A program made the position numbers and the translations under genes. A DNA stretch of 63,934 bases, the filler included, from Octopus bimaculoides (taxonomy: Eukaryota), in assembly GCF_001194135.2 (NCBI RefSeq). It is 7 parts of 6 records of this genome, joined end to end, with 100 filler letters (N's around TTAATTAATTAA, not from the genome) between each part and the next. Parts side by side here need not be neighbours in the genome. Positions count along the whole stretch, not along the records: positions 1 to 22,544 come from NC_069009.1; positions 22,645 to 41,222 come from NC_068996.1; 5 more parts are not named here. One strand, 5' to 3'. Every line of letters starts with the position of its first letter. The first letter of the stretch is position 1. This document shows positions 11,340-23,034 of this stretch, piece by piece. A model generated the notes under the pieces. The model worked only from the letters and a program-made list of their open reading frames with translations. It ran no database searches and was not told where the DNA came from.

Positions 11340-12490
11340 GAAGCCTTATGTGGTTATTAGGAAGCTGTTTGCAGATGCTAATAGCAGCAGGCTAACATGC
11401 ATTGAAGATCAACTGAACAAACATATACAAACGACCTACAATGACCCAAAGCGAGATCAACCATTACCACTCAGCGACAGTTTGAAATGCACAACGAAAC
11501 CAGGAATCAAATCTCAGCTTGGAGATTACAGCAAGAAACAAGTATATAGCTGAGTGAAGAAGGCAAGACCAAACTGTGACCCTAGAGGTAACGGTGTACC
11601 GTATAAAGCGTAAAATATTGTATTCATTTTATGTTATAAGCTTTACCTAATACTAAGAGAGTTGTAGTATAAAGGTTAACTGATTGATGACCAAAGCAAG
11701 GCAGAAGGAGTTTACTTACCAAAGTAATTTGATGCAGAACTGATTCACCAGTTTCAACCTTGAATGTAGATGGCAAGATATACATGGGTGTATTTTATAA
11801 GGCATCAGCTATACATCTACAAAATAATGACTATGTGATTGAAAGTACCCAGAAGACTGGAATTTCTGGCATTCTTGGGTGTGGGAATCTTACGTTATCA
11901 ATCTGGGATACGATACGAAACAGACAGAAGAATAAAAAGGGATTTGCATGTTGTATCTTGATCTGGTTAATGGTTATTGTTCTGTACCACACAAATTGTT
12001 GATGGAAGCGATAGACTTCTTTTATATATGAAAACCGATTAAGGATCTGAAAAGGAGTTGCTATAGCAATTTCAAGAAGTGGCTCAGGACAGAAGATTTC
12101 ACAACAGACTGTCATCGTCTTAAAATTGGAATTGCTGTAGGTTGCACAATATCAGTCATTTAGCTTGTGCTTGTTATGGAGATGTTACTGATATCAGAAG
12201 AAAAGGATGACATAACAATATTAACAACGTTAGTGGATGACATAACAATATTAACGTTAGTGGATGACATAACAATATTAACAACAGACCACAAGGATAT
12301 CCAAATAGATCTGGATAAAACGGATTAAGTAATTACTTGGTTAAGAATGCGGTTTAAAGCAAATAAGTATTGCAGTCTATCAGTTGTCAGCGGTCATCAG
12401 AAGCTTGTGCGGTTCAAAAGAACGGGCGAAACCACGCCCAAAGTTAAAGAGAAACCTGTAAAACGTTTAGAACAGTGGTTCACTACCTCA
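11340..12490 (+). mobile_element. Decayed HERO-like (R2 superfamily) non-LTR reverse transcriptase fragment
   Basis: Frame-broken motifs: HIQTTYNDPKR, GNGVPYK, AEGVYLPK, LNVDGKIY, STQKTGISG, YLDLVNGYCSVPH, GIAVGCTISV, DDIT, EKPVKRLEQWF. These resemble HERO-type RT motifs recalled from memory. Confidence 0.7.
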
Positions 12491-13097
12491 TTGTCCAGTA
12501 AGAATAAAGGTGTTTAGATCACGGATGGATTAACAGCAATAGATAATTGAAAACTACTGGACAAATACCAGATTTGATGCTTACAGTTTGGTCTGTATCC
12601 CCCGTCATGCTTATATGCATTGTTCAGATATTTTTCCATTGCAATAATGTGTAGATGAACGCTGATATGTAGTTGCGCAAGTGTACAATGTTTAAGGACA
12701 CATTTTGTCCCTTTTCTGTTTCTCATGTGTAGAACTAATAATTGCTAAACTGAAAAAGTATCCGCTTTAGTTAAGGAGTCTTCAAATATTTCTCTAAGTG
12801 AATGATATTCTAGTGAATTGCGATGTGTGCGATAAAATTAAAGGTTAGTAGCAGCAACCTTTAGGAAATCAAGTAGGCTTATGTTTATCCAACTTGAAAT
12901 GGTGTGTCATGTGGTAGACCTAAATATTGAACTGTTACATGGTACCACTGCAGAAAGTATGAAAATGTTGACCAAAAGCACTGTGGTTAGCAGTTGACCA
13001 TAGATGTGTAGAAAGTCACGTAATGATGAAATAATATTATTAATAAAGAGAAAGAAATTCTACTATAAATTGTTAAATTTGGAAATATTTATTTCAG

Positions 13098-13169
13098 TGA
13101 TTCCAGAGCTGAATAAGAAGGATCTTCTGATGGTGGCAAAGAGGTTAGGAGGTAAATGGCAGAGAGCGG
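13098..13169 (+). CDS. ANK-RING-DD gene, death domain N-terminal exon
   Basis: atttcAG|TG…G|GTGAGT. Encodes VIPELNKKDLLMVAKRLGGKWQRA (death-domain helix 1-2, LxxVAxxLGxxW). Phase 1 to 1. Confidence 0.88.
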
Positions 13170-15287
13170 GTGAGTAGAAGATAACAGCATCTAAGTGATT
13201 TTAATAAGTTTTACTTCGCCTTGGCATGTTTTGTTTGTCAAAACGATCGAGAACGGGTTCCATTCCTACTTCGCAATTGAAAGGCTGTATTTATTGTAGT
13301 TCCGTAGGCCCAGGTAAACGTATAGTCCTCTCTCTAAACAAGCTCCATTGTTGATTATATTTATGAGTGGATTGAACTTAGTACTTGTAAGATAATGAAG
13401 CATTCACTAATTATAAAATAATTATCCTAACAGAAGTTATAAACTCAACTTGATTTTGTTTCCGAATTGAAATCATTTTATACTTCGTTACATTATAAAT
13501 GTCGTATGGAAAGGTATGAACATCACAATATCCCATTTCCCCTTGTCTAAAAGTGTAACAACATAAAATATCATCTATACAATGTTTTCATTATTTACAG
13601 CAATGGCTTGTCCCTTTCTATGGTACCTATTCACATATAGGTAGACCAAACCATTGAGAGATATCTTTACCAGAAACATAGAGCGGTGCTGGGGACTAGA
13701 TTTGATCCTTTCATTCCTGACTTAAGAAGTCATGACAATATCCTCTCAGTCTGCTGATAGAAATGATTTATCTAAATTAAGAGAGGACATCATTTATGAC
13801 ATCGGTCAACTTGTTATACCTCTGGTATTGAGATAAAATGTACCAGTCATATATTCATACACTGGGGTAAACTCAGTTCACAAACAACGGTTCATTATTA
13901 CTATTGTCTTACACTCATTTTGTATGCCATACAAAAATAAGAGGAATGACTAGCAAATGTGGATTCCTATATGCTAGAAATAGATGATCAATTTCTACAC
14001 TCATTAATAAATTTTAAACTCATTTTGTATGCGTTACACGACTTCTCTCACAGCTGTTGTTCTTTGTCAGATTTAACTCCTCGTTTTCTTCTATTTGTGT
14101 CTCCTAGCATTTCTTTATCCAAAGTTTATCTTCCGTACTCCTCCCATATTTGTACCACTTCTCTTGTGTACTATTTCTGATCCTTCTAAAACCTAGTTTG
14201 TCTTCCAGCTTATCTGTTCCCTGTATGCATTCTCACACATTAACATTACACTTCTAGTGAAGTATGCTCACTCCATTTCTTGCCAGTTTTCATACATCCT
14301 CCACATCCGATGCAATATTTCACTTTACAAACACACATCATACAACCTCCATTTTCAAACAAAATCCCTATGTTGCTAGTAGTCATGTACATTTTCCCCT
14401 TATTTTTTTTCGAAATACTTTACTACATACACATCCTTCCTCTACATCAACCTGCCAGTGATCCTTCTGCGCCTATTATTTAAAATGGGTACACATAGAA
14501 TTTTTATTCACTCTTTGTTCCTGCATATCAAATATGGTAACTTCCCAGATGATGTAGATATTAGTGAATGCAGTGATTCCTTTAGGACCCAAGTGTCATA
14601 TGTGTATGGTGTAGACGTTCGTGACTTTTGTCTTAATTCCTGCAAACTAAAACTTTTCTCATTGCCTGGTTTACTTTAAGACTTCTCCATAATTGAAATT
14701 TCTCTAAATTGTGGCCTTGATCCATTAAAAGAGACTCTTATTATGAGTCATGACCCTATTAAAATTAAGCTGGTGTCTTCTATAATATTTGATGTGTACC
14801 TAATAGTGTTATATTTTGTACTTTGTGTCAATGAGATCATTCTGGTATCTTGTTGGTTTTAACTGGTCCATAAGTGGTGCATAATATTACTAGTATTGTT
14901 TGATAGTCCATTTTCCACTTTCTAGATACATCGAAATGTTGATAATTTATAAGTATTAATTAGTCAGAGGAGGCGAGGCATCACATATGATTATTTCCGG
15001 CATTGCTCATCAGATGGTTTTCAGTGCCTTCCTTAAAAAATAAATGGGGATCAAACATTATTTATTAAAATTTCTTCATCTTCATTCCTTCTATAAACCT
15101 CCTTCTTATTATTGTCAACATCTTGAGAAATAGAGAACAATGGCTTATTTCTTTCAGGTTTCTTAACTATCTTTTCTTCCTCTATTGGTATAGTTTGTTT
15201 TTGTTATATTTATAACAAACTACGTTCCACATATTTTATATTATTATTAATTGTATTGCAATTTGTTTCTTCTTGTATCTTTTGCAG

Positions 15288-15493
15288 GTATTTTCTTGGA
15301 AATTGAGACTTACCAACTGGATGTTATCAAACACGACAATCCTAATGATACTGTAGAACAGAGCTTCCAGATGTTGTACAGGTGGTTTACAAGTTGTGAT
15401 CCAGACACGCGTACAACCAAAACATTAAGAGAAGCTCTTGAGGAAGCCGAATGTTTCGATGCACTCAAATGTCTATCATCAGAAGAAAAGTAA
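15288..15493 (+). CDS. ANK-RING-DD gene, terminal exon: death domain C-terminal part and stop
   Basis: tttgcAG|GT…TAA. Encodes GIFLEIETYQLDVIKHDNPNDTVEQSFQMLYRWFTSCDPDTRTTKTLREALEEAECFDALKCLSSEEK*, a death-domain pattern (LxI…I…P…EQxxxMLxxW…LxxAL). Exons from 1148 to 15493 sum to 1068 nt = 355 aa + stop. Confidence 0.92.
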
Positions 15494-15735
15494 CTTTCTG
15501 TGTAAATGTTGTTGTTTAGTCTCAGATCAACCAAATGGAGACCTGTAATCAAATGCCCTCAATCCTGGACCACCCTGCCTTTTCCCCAAGTATAGAGAAC
15601 CCAGAACCACATTGTCCAGTATGTCCTTCTTTATGTGTGAAATGCAGTGGATTTGGCTACTAATTCTATCAGATCTATCAACCACAAAAAGACCACTTCA
15701 CTGGTTTGACCTCTTTGTTAGAAATTAACTTTTGA

Positions 15736-15741
15736 AATAAA
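15736..15741 (+). terminator. Candidate polyadenylation signal of the ANK-RING-DD gene
   Basis: AATAAA about 240 nt after the stop, followed by a GT/T-rich tract. Other AATAAA hexamers occur further downstream. Confidence 0.35.
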
Positions 15742-16519
15742 GATGAACTTTGAGATGTTCATGTGTTGTTGTTGTTGTTTAAACACTTCCATCGTTATAA
15801 AGACAGTTTTAATATCCTCTGATATATTAATAGTTATCTACATTCATTTATAACCAGAGCAGAATGTCGGGTATATGTAGATGTCTTTTCTGTATATATA
15901 CCATATAGAGATAGCATTTATATATAATATATTATGTATTTAGGTTGTTTGTCTTTTTTTTTTTGTTGTTGTTGGTTTTGGCATATTGAGGTTTATGGCA
16001 AGTCTTTCTGAAGACGGGGTGGTTGAATAAAAATTCAACTTTTTCGGAGTGTAATATACGATATTTTTATTTTGTATTCTAGCTTTAGGGTCGTCGTTAT
16101 TTACTAATTACTGCAATTTTTTAAGCAAAAAATGCAACTTTACATATGAAAATAAATCCAAAAATTTAAAATTTGATTTTAAAAATCTGTGCTGAAAAAC
16201 CCTGTCATATTAAAATTATTTTAATTCCATATGATTGTGGATAAGCCAGATTTTTCAAATAACTTCACATAAAGGAAGAGCGCATCTCTTTCCCTACAAT
16301 ATTTATTTTCATACTAAGGCAGCGAGCTGGCAGAAACGTTAGCACGTTGAGGTGTCTTCTGTTCACGTTGAGGTGTCTTCTGTTCACGTTGAGGTGTGTT
16401 CTGTTAAGAACGTAAAGAGTACAAATAGAGCTCGTTCACCCTTAGAATTCCCAAATAGCCGGTAGCATTCTTATGGTATGCTGCCAATTCTAGTCTTAGG
16501 TATTCCTTGTGTGTGAAAA

Positions 16520-17730
16520 TAAAAAGTAAAAAGTAAAAGAGTCAAAAGGAAGAGTAAATACGGTTAAGCAGCTTTTGGATCTTTTTTAAAACGGGGGCCA
16601 CATTTTTCATTAACGAAACACTTTGAAACTTGGAACACTGGTAGAATGTGTCATATAAAACATCTTTTTCTCTTAGTCTTCTTTAAAAAAAAAGAAATCC
16701 CTAAGTTATTCCATGTTAAAGTTGTCGTATTTCTGTAATTTCAACCAATCACTGACGTCCATTCAGCCGATATACATTAAGTGCCGACTACATAAACAAA
16801 CGATTCTGAAAGAATTCTATTGGTGATAAAATTATTATTTCCTTNNNNNNNNNNNNNNNNNNNNNNNNNNNNNNNNNNNNNNNNNNNNNNNNNNNNNNNN
16901 NNNNNNNNNNNNNNNNNNNNNNNNNNNNNNNNNNNNNNNNNNNNNNNNNNNNNNNNNNNNNNNNNNNNNNGGTAAAACAGCAAATTTAAAAAGAAAAAAG
17001 CAAATAAAACGAAGAAAAAAAAAGAAAATGAAAAAAGCAAATTTTAAATGAAAAAAGAAGTTATGGAGATTAAATACGCTTTACACCGCTTAATCAGCCA
17101 AAGGAGTAAATGTAAACAACTGAATACTTGTCAGTGATTGGTTGAAATTATCGAAATAAGACAATTTTTTACATGAAATAAATTCGAATACAAAAATATT
17201 TTTCTGTTCTATAACACAAAATAGATAAGTATTCGAAGTTTGAAAGTCTTTCGGTACCAAAAACACTACGTAAAACATTAATGAAAAATGTGGCCCCCGT
17301 TTTAAAAAAGATCCCAGCTTTTTAATCGCTACAAATGTTCCGATACATACCGATCCTCGTATATACAGGATTTAAAGTTGGGTTTAAATTAAATTATGTA
17401 ATGATTCACCTGTATAAGAAGATCTATATGTATCTCCTGAGGCGATACTCAGTTGCTGTCTCCGTCTTTTTCCATTTTTTTTCATTTCTGAAAAAGCCAT
17501 GGATGTTGTAGCATGGAAATCTAGATTTACTTACGGAGACAGCAACTGAGTATCGCCTGAGGAGATACATATAGATCTTCTTATACAGGTAAATCGTTAC
17601 ATAATTTAATCTGTGTCAACTTTAAATCCTGTATATACGAGGATCTGTATGTATCGTAACATTTGTAGCCATTAAAAAGCTGCCTAACCGTATTTACTCT
17701 TCCTTTTGACTCTTTTACTTTTTACTTTTA
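16520..17730. mobile_element. Foldback element (outer) interrupted by a GGATC-MITE
   Basis: Left arm 16520-16576 plus 17323-17465 is the reverse complement of right arm 17533-17730. Loop of about 67 nt. Confidence 0.75.
16577..17314. mobile_element. Non-autonomous DNA transposon (MITE) with GGATC termini and 8-bp TSD
   Basis: TIR GGATCTTTTTTAAAACGGGGG / CCCCCGTTTTAAAAAAGATCC. TSD CAGCTTTT at 16569-16576 and 17315-17322. Internal N gap. Confidence 0.88.
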
Positions 17731-17743
17731 TCTATCTCTCTAC

Positions 17744-18123
17744 GTGGAGACGCAATGGCCCAGTGGTTAGGGTAGCGGAATCGCGGTTTCGATTCCCAGA
17801 CAGGGCGTTGTGAGTGTTTATTGAGAGCGAAAACACCTAAAAGCTCCACGAGGCTCCGGCAGGGGACAGTGGCGAACCCTGCTGTACTCTTCCATCACAA
17901 CTTTCTCTCACTCTTACTTCCTGTTTCTGTTGTGCCTGTAATTCAAAGGGCCAGCCTTGTCACTCTGTGTCACGCTGAATATCCCCGAGAACTTCGTTAA
18001 GAGTACACGTGTCTGTGGAGTGCTCAGCCACTTGCACGTTAATTTCACGAGGAGGTTGTTCTGTTGATCAGATCAACTGGAACCCTCGTCGTCATAAGCA
18101 ACGGAGTGCCAACAGCAACAACG
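17744..18123 (+). mobile_element. SINE family B, near full length
   Basis: Same head and body as the 8842 copy. Ends in …GGAGTGCCAACAGCAACAAC. Confidence 0.85.
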
Positions 18124-18141
18124 ATCTGTATAGATATATAT

Positions 18142-18184
<43 letters not shown>

Positions 18185-18606
18185 NNNNNNNNNNNNTTAA
18201 CAACGAATTTATTTTTTTTTACAGAAAATATTTGTATTCTCACTTTTGTTAAACATAATATTTTAATCATTTAGAAATATTTTTAAGTGAATGTGATTTC
18301 AAAAATGTAAGCTGTTTATACAGTAAGCATTCTTTCAACAGACAATATTTTAATGTTATTTTTCAATTTTTATCTTTGCAAATGAGTAATTTTATTTATT
18401 TTGAAATATATACATAAGAGTAAGACATTTAAAAATTATATTCAAGCGAATACCATTACAAAAAAATTATTTTTTTTTTTGCATAATTAAAAAATATTCT
18501 AAAGTGAAAATGACTTTAAAAATACGATAAATATTTCGTAAAAGACCTGTTCGTAACCTCAGTGTGAGGTCTTTTCACGTGCATTCAACGTATCTCACCG
18601 CCAAAG

Positions 18607-18718
18607 ATTTGGCTGCTATTTCTAGCACGCGCTACTGACACGTAACAGCTATTTGCGATAAAGGACACGAAATAATTGTTTACGTGGTACCAGGGCGTGC
18701 AAGAAATAGCAGCCAAAT
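18607..18718. mobile_element. Small MITE-like element
   Basis: TIR tttggctgctatttctagcacgc / gcgtgcaagaaatagcagccaaa, 22 of 23 complementary. No clear TSD. Confidence 0.6.
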
Positions 18719-19161
18719 ATTTCCTTTTCTGGGGAAAGGACCTGTTTATGCGTGGTTTCGATGTCACATTCGTTGAAGTCTTACAAAATAACCTGGAAAA
18801 GAAAAAGTTCCCGAAGCAAAACTCCGTTGCTGGGAAACTCAGAGTTTGACCCAACGGGTCACGAGTAGTCTAGTACATAAATATATCCATAGATACATAC
18901 ATCCCTACATACATCCATCCCTACATCCATTCATACATGCATACAGACATCCATCTTGTATCTTTGTTGGAAACCGGCTCCCTCCTCAGCGGAAGATTTA
19001 TAATAATTAAAAATAGAAGAGACATATACATACATACATACATACATACATACATACATACATACATACGCACAGATATACAGCCATCAATCCATACATA
19101 CATACAGAGATACATAAACTTGCACCTTAAAAAGTAAGTCAACTACATAATGTTAGAAAGA

Positions 19162-19951
19162 GGATCTTTCTGAATTGACGGGCAACACTTTTCATTTATG
19201 TTTTATGTAGTGTTTTTGGTATCGAAACACTTTCAAACTTCGTATACTTGTATATTTTGTTATAGAACAGATAAAAATGTTTGTATTCGAAGTTATTTCA
19301 TGTAAAAAATTGTCGTATTTCGGTAATTTCAACCAATCACTGACGTCTATTGAGGTGAAAACAATTACTGCTATGGATTGTAGACAAAACGTTGTGCGGT
19401 GTAATGGGATCTTTTCCCTTGAATAAAATTAGTGCCGTTGTTTGTCAACAACAACTATCGGTGGTACTGTTATTTATAACATCGTTCGTGCGTTTGTACT
19501 GGTTTTAGCTTTAGGGTTTTAGGGTTAGGGTTCGAGTTTTAGGGTTAGGGTTAGGGTTAGGGTTTTAGAGTTAGGGTCAGGGTTATGATTATTTTTGCCA
19601 TAACCTAACCCTAAAACCCTAACCTTAACCCTAAAACCCGAACCCTAACCCTAAAACCCTAAACCCTTACTAGGGAATAACAATATAATTACCAGGGAAT
19701 AATGATCTTGACACCGGCAAAAATTATTGTTTACAAAAACAGCAGTAACTGTATTCAGCTAAATAGACGTCAGTGATTGGTTGAAATTACAGAAATAAGA
19801 TAACTTTAACATGAAATAACTTGCAATATAGAAAGTTTTGTTAAGAAGGCTAAGAGAAAAAGATGTTTTATATGACACATTCTACCAGTATCCCAAGTTT
19901 GAAAGTTTTTCGTTCAGAAAACAAGTGGCACCCGTCAATTCAGAAAGATCC
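19162..19951. mobile_element. GGATC-family MITE (790 bp) with 8-bp TSD and internal telomeric repeats
   Basis: Perfect 21-bp TIR GGATCTTTCTGAATTGACGGG. TSD TAGAAAGA at 19154-19161 and 19952-19959. Subterminal arms are homologous to the 16577 element. Confidence 0.9.
19511..19668. repeat. Interstitial telomere-like repeats, head-to-head (TTAGGG)n…(CCCTAA)n
   Basis: Degenerate TTAGGG/TTTTAGGG array at about 19511-19585, a spacer of about 15 nt, then a CCCTAA/CCCTAAAA array at about 19600-19668. Confidence 0.9.
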
Positions 19952-20094
19952 TAGAAAGATTTATTTCTATATTTATTAACGCAGTCAAATCTTTAATGTT
20001 CGGTTTTTGTAGACATGATGTCTTATGAAATTGTGGATGTTTTAATTCGTTTGGGTGTCGTGATAGAATAGACACACACACATATACATATATA

Positions 20095-20640
20095 TGTTGT
20101 AGGGAATTAGTAATAATGATACACGCCTCCCACGTGACGAATGAAATAACATAGTCACTGTAATTAAAGAGAAGTACGAGAGGGCGAGGCAAACTGCGTT
20201 GCTAGTCGTGTCTGTCCTGAGCTAATAACTACACTGCGATACCGAAGTGGGCGTAATAATGATAATTCAACGTTATAAGGATTTTAACAGTGGCGACGAG
20301 GATAAAGCAGTTCAGCTGGAGTTAATTGAACCTCAAAGACGAGTTAATAAACTCACAAATTTTGTGTACGAATTTTAGGAAAAATTGTAAATGTATGGAA
20401 AATTTGTTGGCAGGTTTGCTCGAGTTGAAAAACAGCAACAACTATAACAACAACAGTTACTATTACAGCAACAAATGCTGCAATTAATGAAGTCGCCAGG
20501 AAATTCAGAAAAAGTTTTCTCGTCAGACTATATCGCGATCTCCATAACAGAGTTCAAATACGAACTTGACGAAGGAGCTACCTTGGAAGCGTTCTACAGA
20601 AGACATGAGCAAAATCTTCGAGAAAGAATGCAAAGATTTG
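20095..20640 (+). mobile_element. Ty3/Gypsy-like LTR retrotransposon 5' fragment (LTR + PBS + gag start)
   Basis: LTR TGTT…AACA at 20095-20289. PBS TGGCGACGAGGAT at 20291-20303, complementary to the tRNA-Ser(GCT) 3' end. gag-like QQQMLQLM…ITEFKYELDEGATLEAFYRRHE. Truncated by a SINE at about 20641. Confidence 0.75.
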
Positions 20641-20973
20641 GACTTATTCTTTGGATGCCTAGTACTTATTATATCGGTCTCTTTGCCGAACCGCTAAGTT
20701 ACGGGGACGTAAACACACCACCACCGGGTGACAGGCGATGCTGTGGGAACAAACACAGACACACAAACATATACACACACCCATACATATATATATATAT
20801 ATATATATACATATATACGACAGGCTTCTTTCAGTTTTCGTCTACCAAATCCACTCACAAGGCTTCGGTCGGCCCGAGGCTATAGTAGAAGACAGTTGCC
20901 CAAGGTGCCACGCAGTGGGAATGAACCCGGAACCATGTGGTTGGTAAGCAAGCTACTTACCACACAGCCACTC
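20641..20973 (-). mobile_element. SINE family A
   Basis: Reverse complement of the 9921 copy, with internal (TA)n. Confidence 0.85.
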
Positions 20974-22049
20974 TAATCTAAACTTAGATAAATAAATAAA
21001 CTTAGATATGTTTCGACCAAGGATTGGTGCAGGCCATGTCTAACTTAATAGCACCACCTGATGTGCGTGTGGACCTATTTTTGCGTGTGTGTGTATTAAT
21101 TTAAACATTAGATAATATTTTCCAAGTAAAAAAATAAGCAATAACAAAAATCTTTAGTTTAGAAACATGTAAGGGTGTGATTTTTTTTAATGAAATTAGG
21201 TCAAATGGTGGAGCGATAGTGGTGAAATTTGAGATTAAGTTAAGATTAGAGCAAGAGACGAAAAATGACTGTAGAAGTGAGTATGAGATGTGGGAGAGGG
21301 AGTTGTTATTTACACAGGGTGGAGCTGACAAATGTAAATTGGCTGACATATACACTCTACATATATGTACATAGACACTACATTATACACACCACAACAT
21401 ACAGACATACATTTAATCAAACATACACAAATGCACGCATACATACATGAAAATGCCACGTACACCACTTGTTGGCATATTGACAATTGTCGCTGCAGCA
21501 CTTGGACGAACCAAGTTTCCGTCGCTGTTTTAGCAAACGGAGCTAACAGATATTCCTGAGACAAAGACTTTAAACTACAATTGAAACTCAGTTATCGAAT
21601 TTGGTAAATATTTTTTGATAATTATTTATTAATTCGTTTACATTGTTAAACATTCACGAGAACTATTTCAAACAATTGTACTGTTAGATAGAGAATTCTT
21701 TGTCAGTATTTTATAGAGAATCTCTTGATACATTTTTCAATATTACATTACAAGTAACCCATTTCATTTACATTTACAGATATAATATAAATTACGGTAT
21801 GGTCATAATTATGCAAAATCTATTTGATGGAAATTAAAGGAATGAAAATGTTCATCAGAGTAATTTACGTAGTTTCTAATTATTATGCGAGATTAAAAAT
21901 TTTTTAATCAATTTTACTGCGACAAAATTTGTTGTTTCTTCTAAACGTCATTTAAAAAAGCCTAGACAGGGCGAGAAGGGCTTTGCCTATGCCCCATTAG
22001 ATTTACAGGGTCTCCGAGGGTGATGTGTGATAGGAAGATAACTTCAAAA

Positions 22050-22544
22050 CGACGGTTATTCACCATAGAGGAAAGTGTTTGTCTCTAGACCTTTCAAACG
22101 CGTCCACCATACACATTCTTTCGCCATAGTCACAAGTACGATGAAAATGGCTCTTCCTTCCAGTTTCAAGGAAGGAGGTGCGACGATATTCACGATAGAC
22201 TCGGTTGATTAACTGACTCGACCCACATGTGATAGCAGTCGTCCAACATAGGCCCACAGATCGGAAATGGTTGCACACTGTACGAGTGCGTACAGAACGG
22301 TTTCTTCGCTCTCAGCGCATCTCGGGCAGGTCGGCCCCGTGTTTCTCGAGCCATGCCTGTAGAGCTTATCCCGAACGGGTAGTCCTTCTCGGTAGCACTG
22401 CCAGGCCAGTGTTCTCTGGAAGTTGTCCATAGGTCCCGGCCCGAAAGTCGTGTTGAACAGGCGGGTCAGGTATTCCTCGTCGACGCCTAGGTTCGCCTCG
22501 AGATTGTCGTCGTACCTCTCCTCCACTAATCTCCTATAGAATGC
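22050..22544 (-). mobile_element. Tx1/L1-like LINE ORF2 C-terminal fragment
   Basis: LAWQCYREGLPVRDKLYRHG…CPRCAESEETVLYALVQC, a zinc-knuckle region typical of L1/Tx1 ORF2. Confidence 0.75.
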
Positions 22545-22588
22545 NNNNNNNNNNNNNNNNNNNNNNNNNNNNNNNNNNNNNNNNNNNN

Positions 22589-22600
22589 TTAATTAATTAA
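22589..22600. other. Artificial scaffold spacer TTAATTAATTAA (also at 41267, 45520, 51787, 55147, 62048)
   Basis: An identical 12-mer, always embedded in N runs, with stop codons in all six frames. Confidence 0.92.
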
Positions 22601-23034
22601 NNNNNNNNNNNNNNNNNNNNNNNNNNNNNNNNNNNNNNNNNNNNATATATATATATATATATATATATACATAATAATAGAGGACAGTCAGCTGGCAGAA
22701 TCGTTAGCATGCCGGGCAATAAAATAAAGACCAGTGAAACATTGGGGTGGATATTATCAATTTAACTTCTTTTACCTAAATTGCTGGCTTTATCCCAACG
22801 TTTAAAATCAATATGTATATCATATAAAAACAACAAGTTTATTAAGTAAATATGATAATGCATGCCTGCATAAATAGTATATGTATATATGATGTTTATG
22901 TCTACATACAATGATATACATAATTAATATATATCATATATATATGCGTGCCAATTTGTCAGTGAATATATATGTATATGTATATGTTTGTATATATATA
23001 TATACACACACACACATATAAATACGTATACATA

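Noticed and set aside
16343-16405. Three 21-bp direct repeats as a CRISPR-like array
   Set aside because: The repeats are contiguous with no spacers, in a eukaryotic context, attached to a truncated SINE head: an ordinary minisatellite.
19511-19668. Ancestral chromosome end-to-end fusion site
   Set aside because: The array is short and sits inside a TIR element with a perfect 8-bp TSD, so transposition explains it.
22589-22600. Recurring TTAATTAATTAA motif as a biological signal
   Set aside because: It occurs only inside N gaps and is a six-frame-stop scaffolding spacer.
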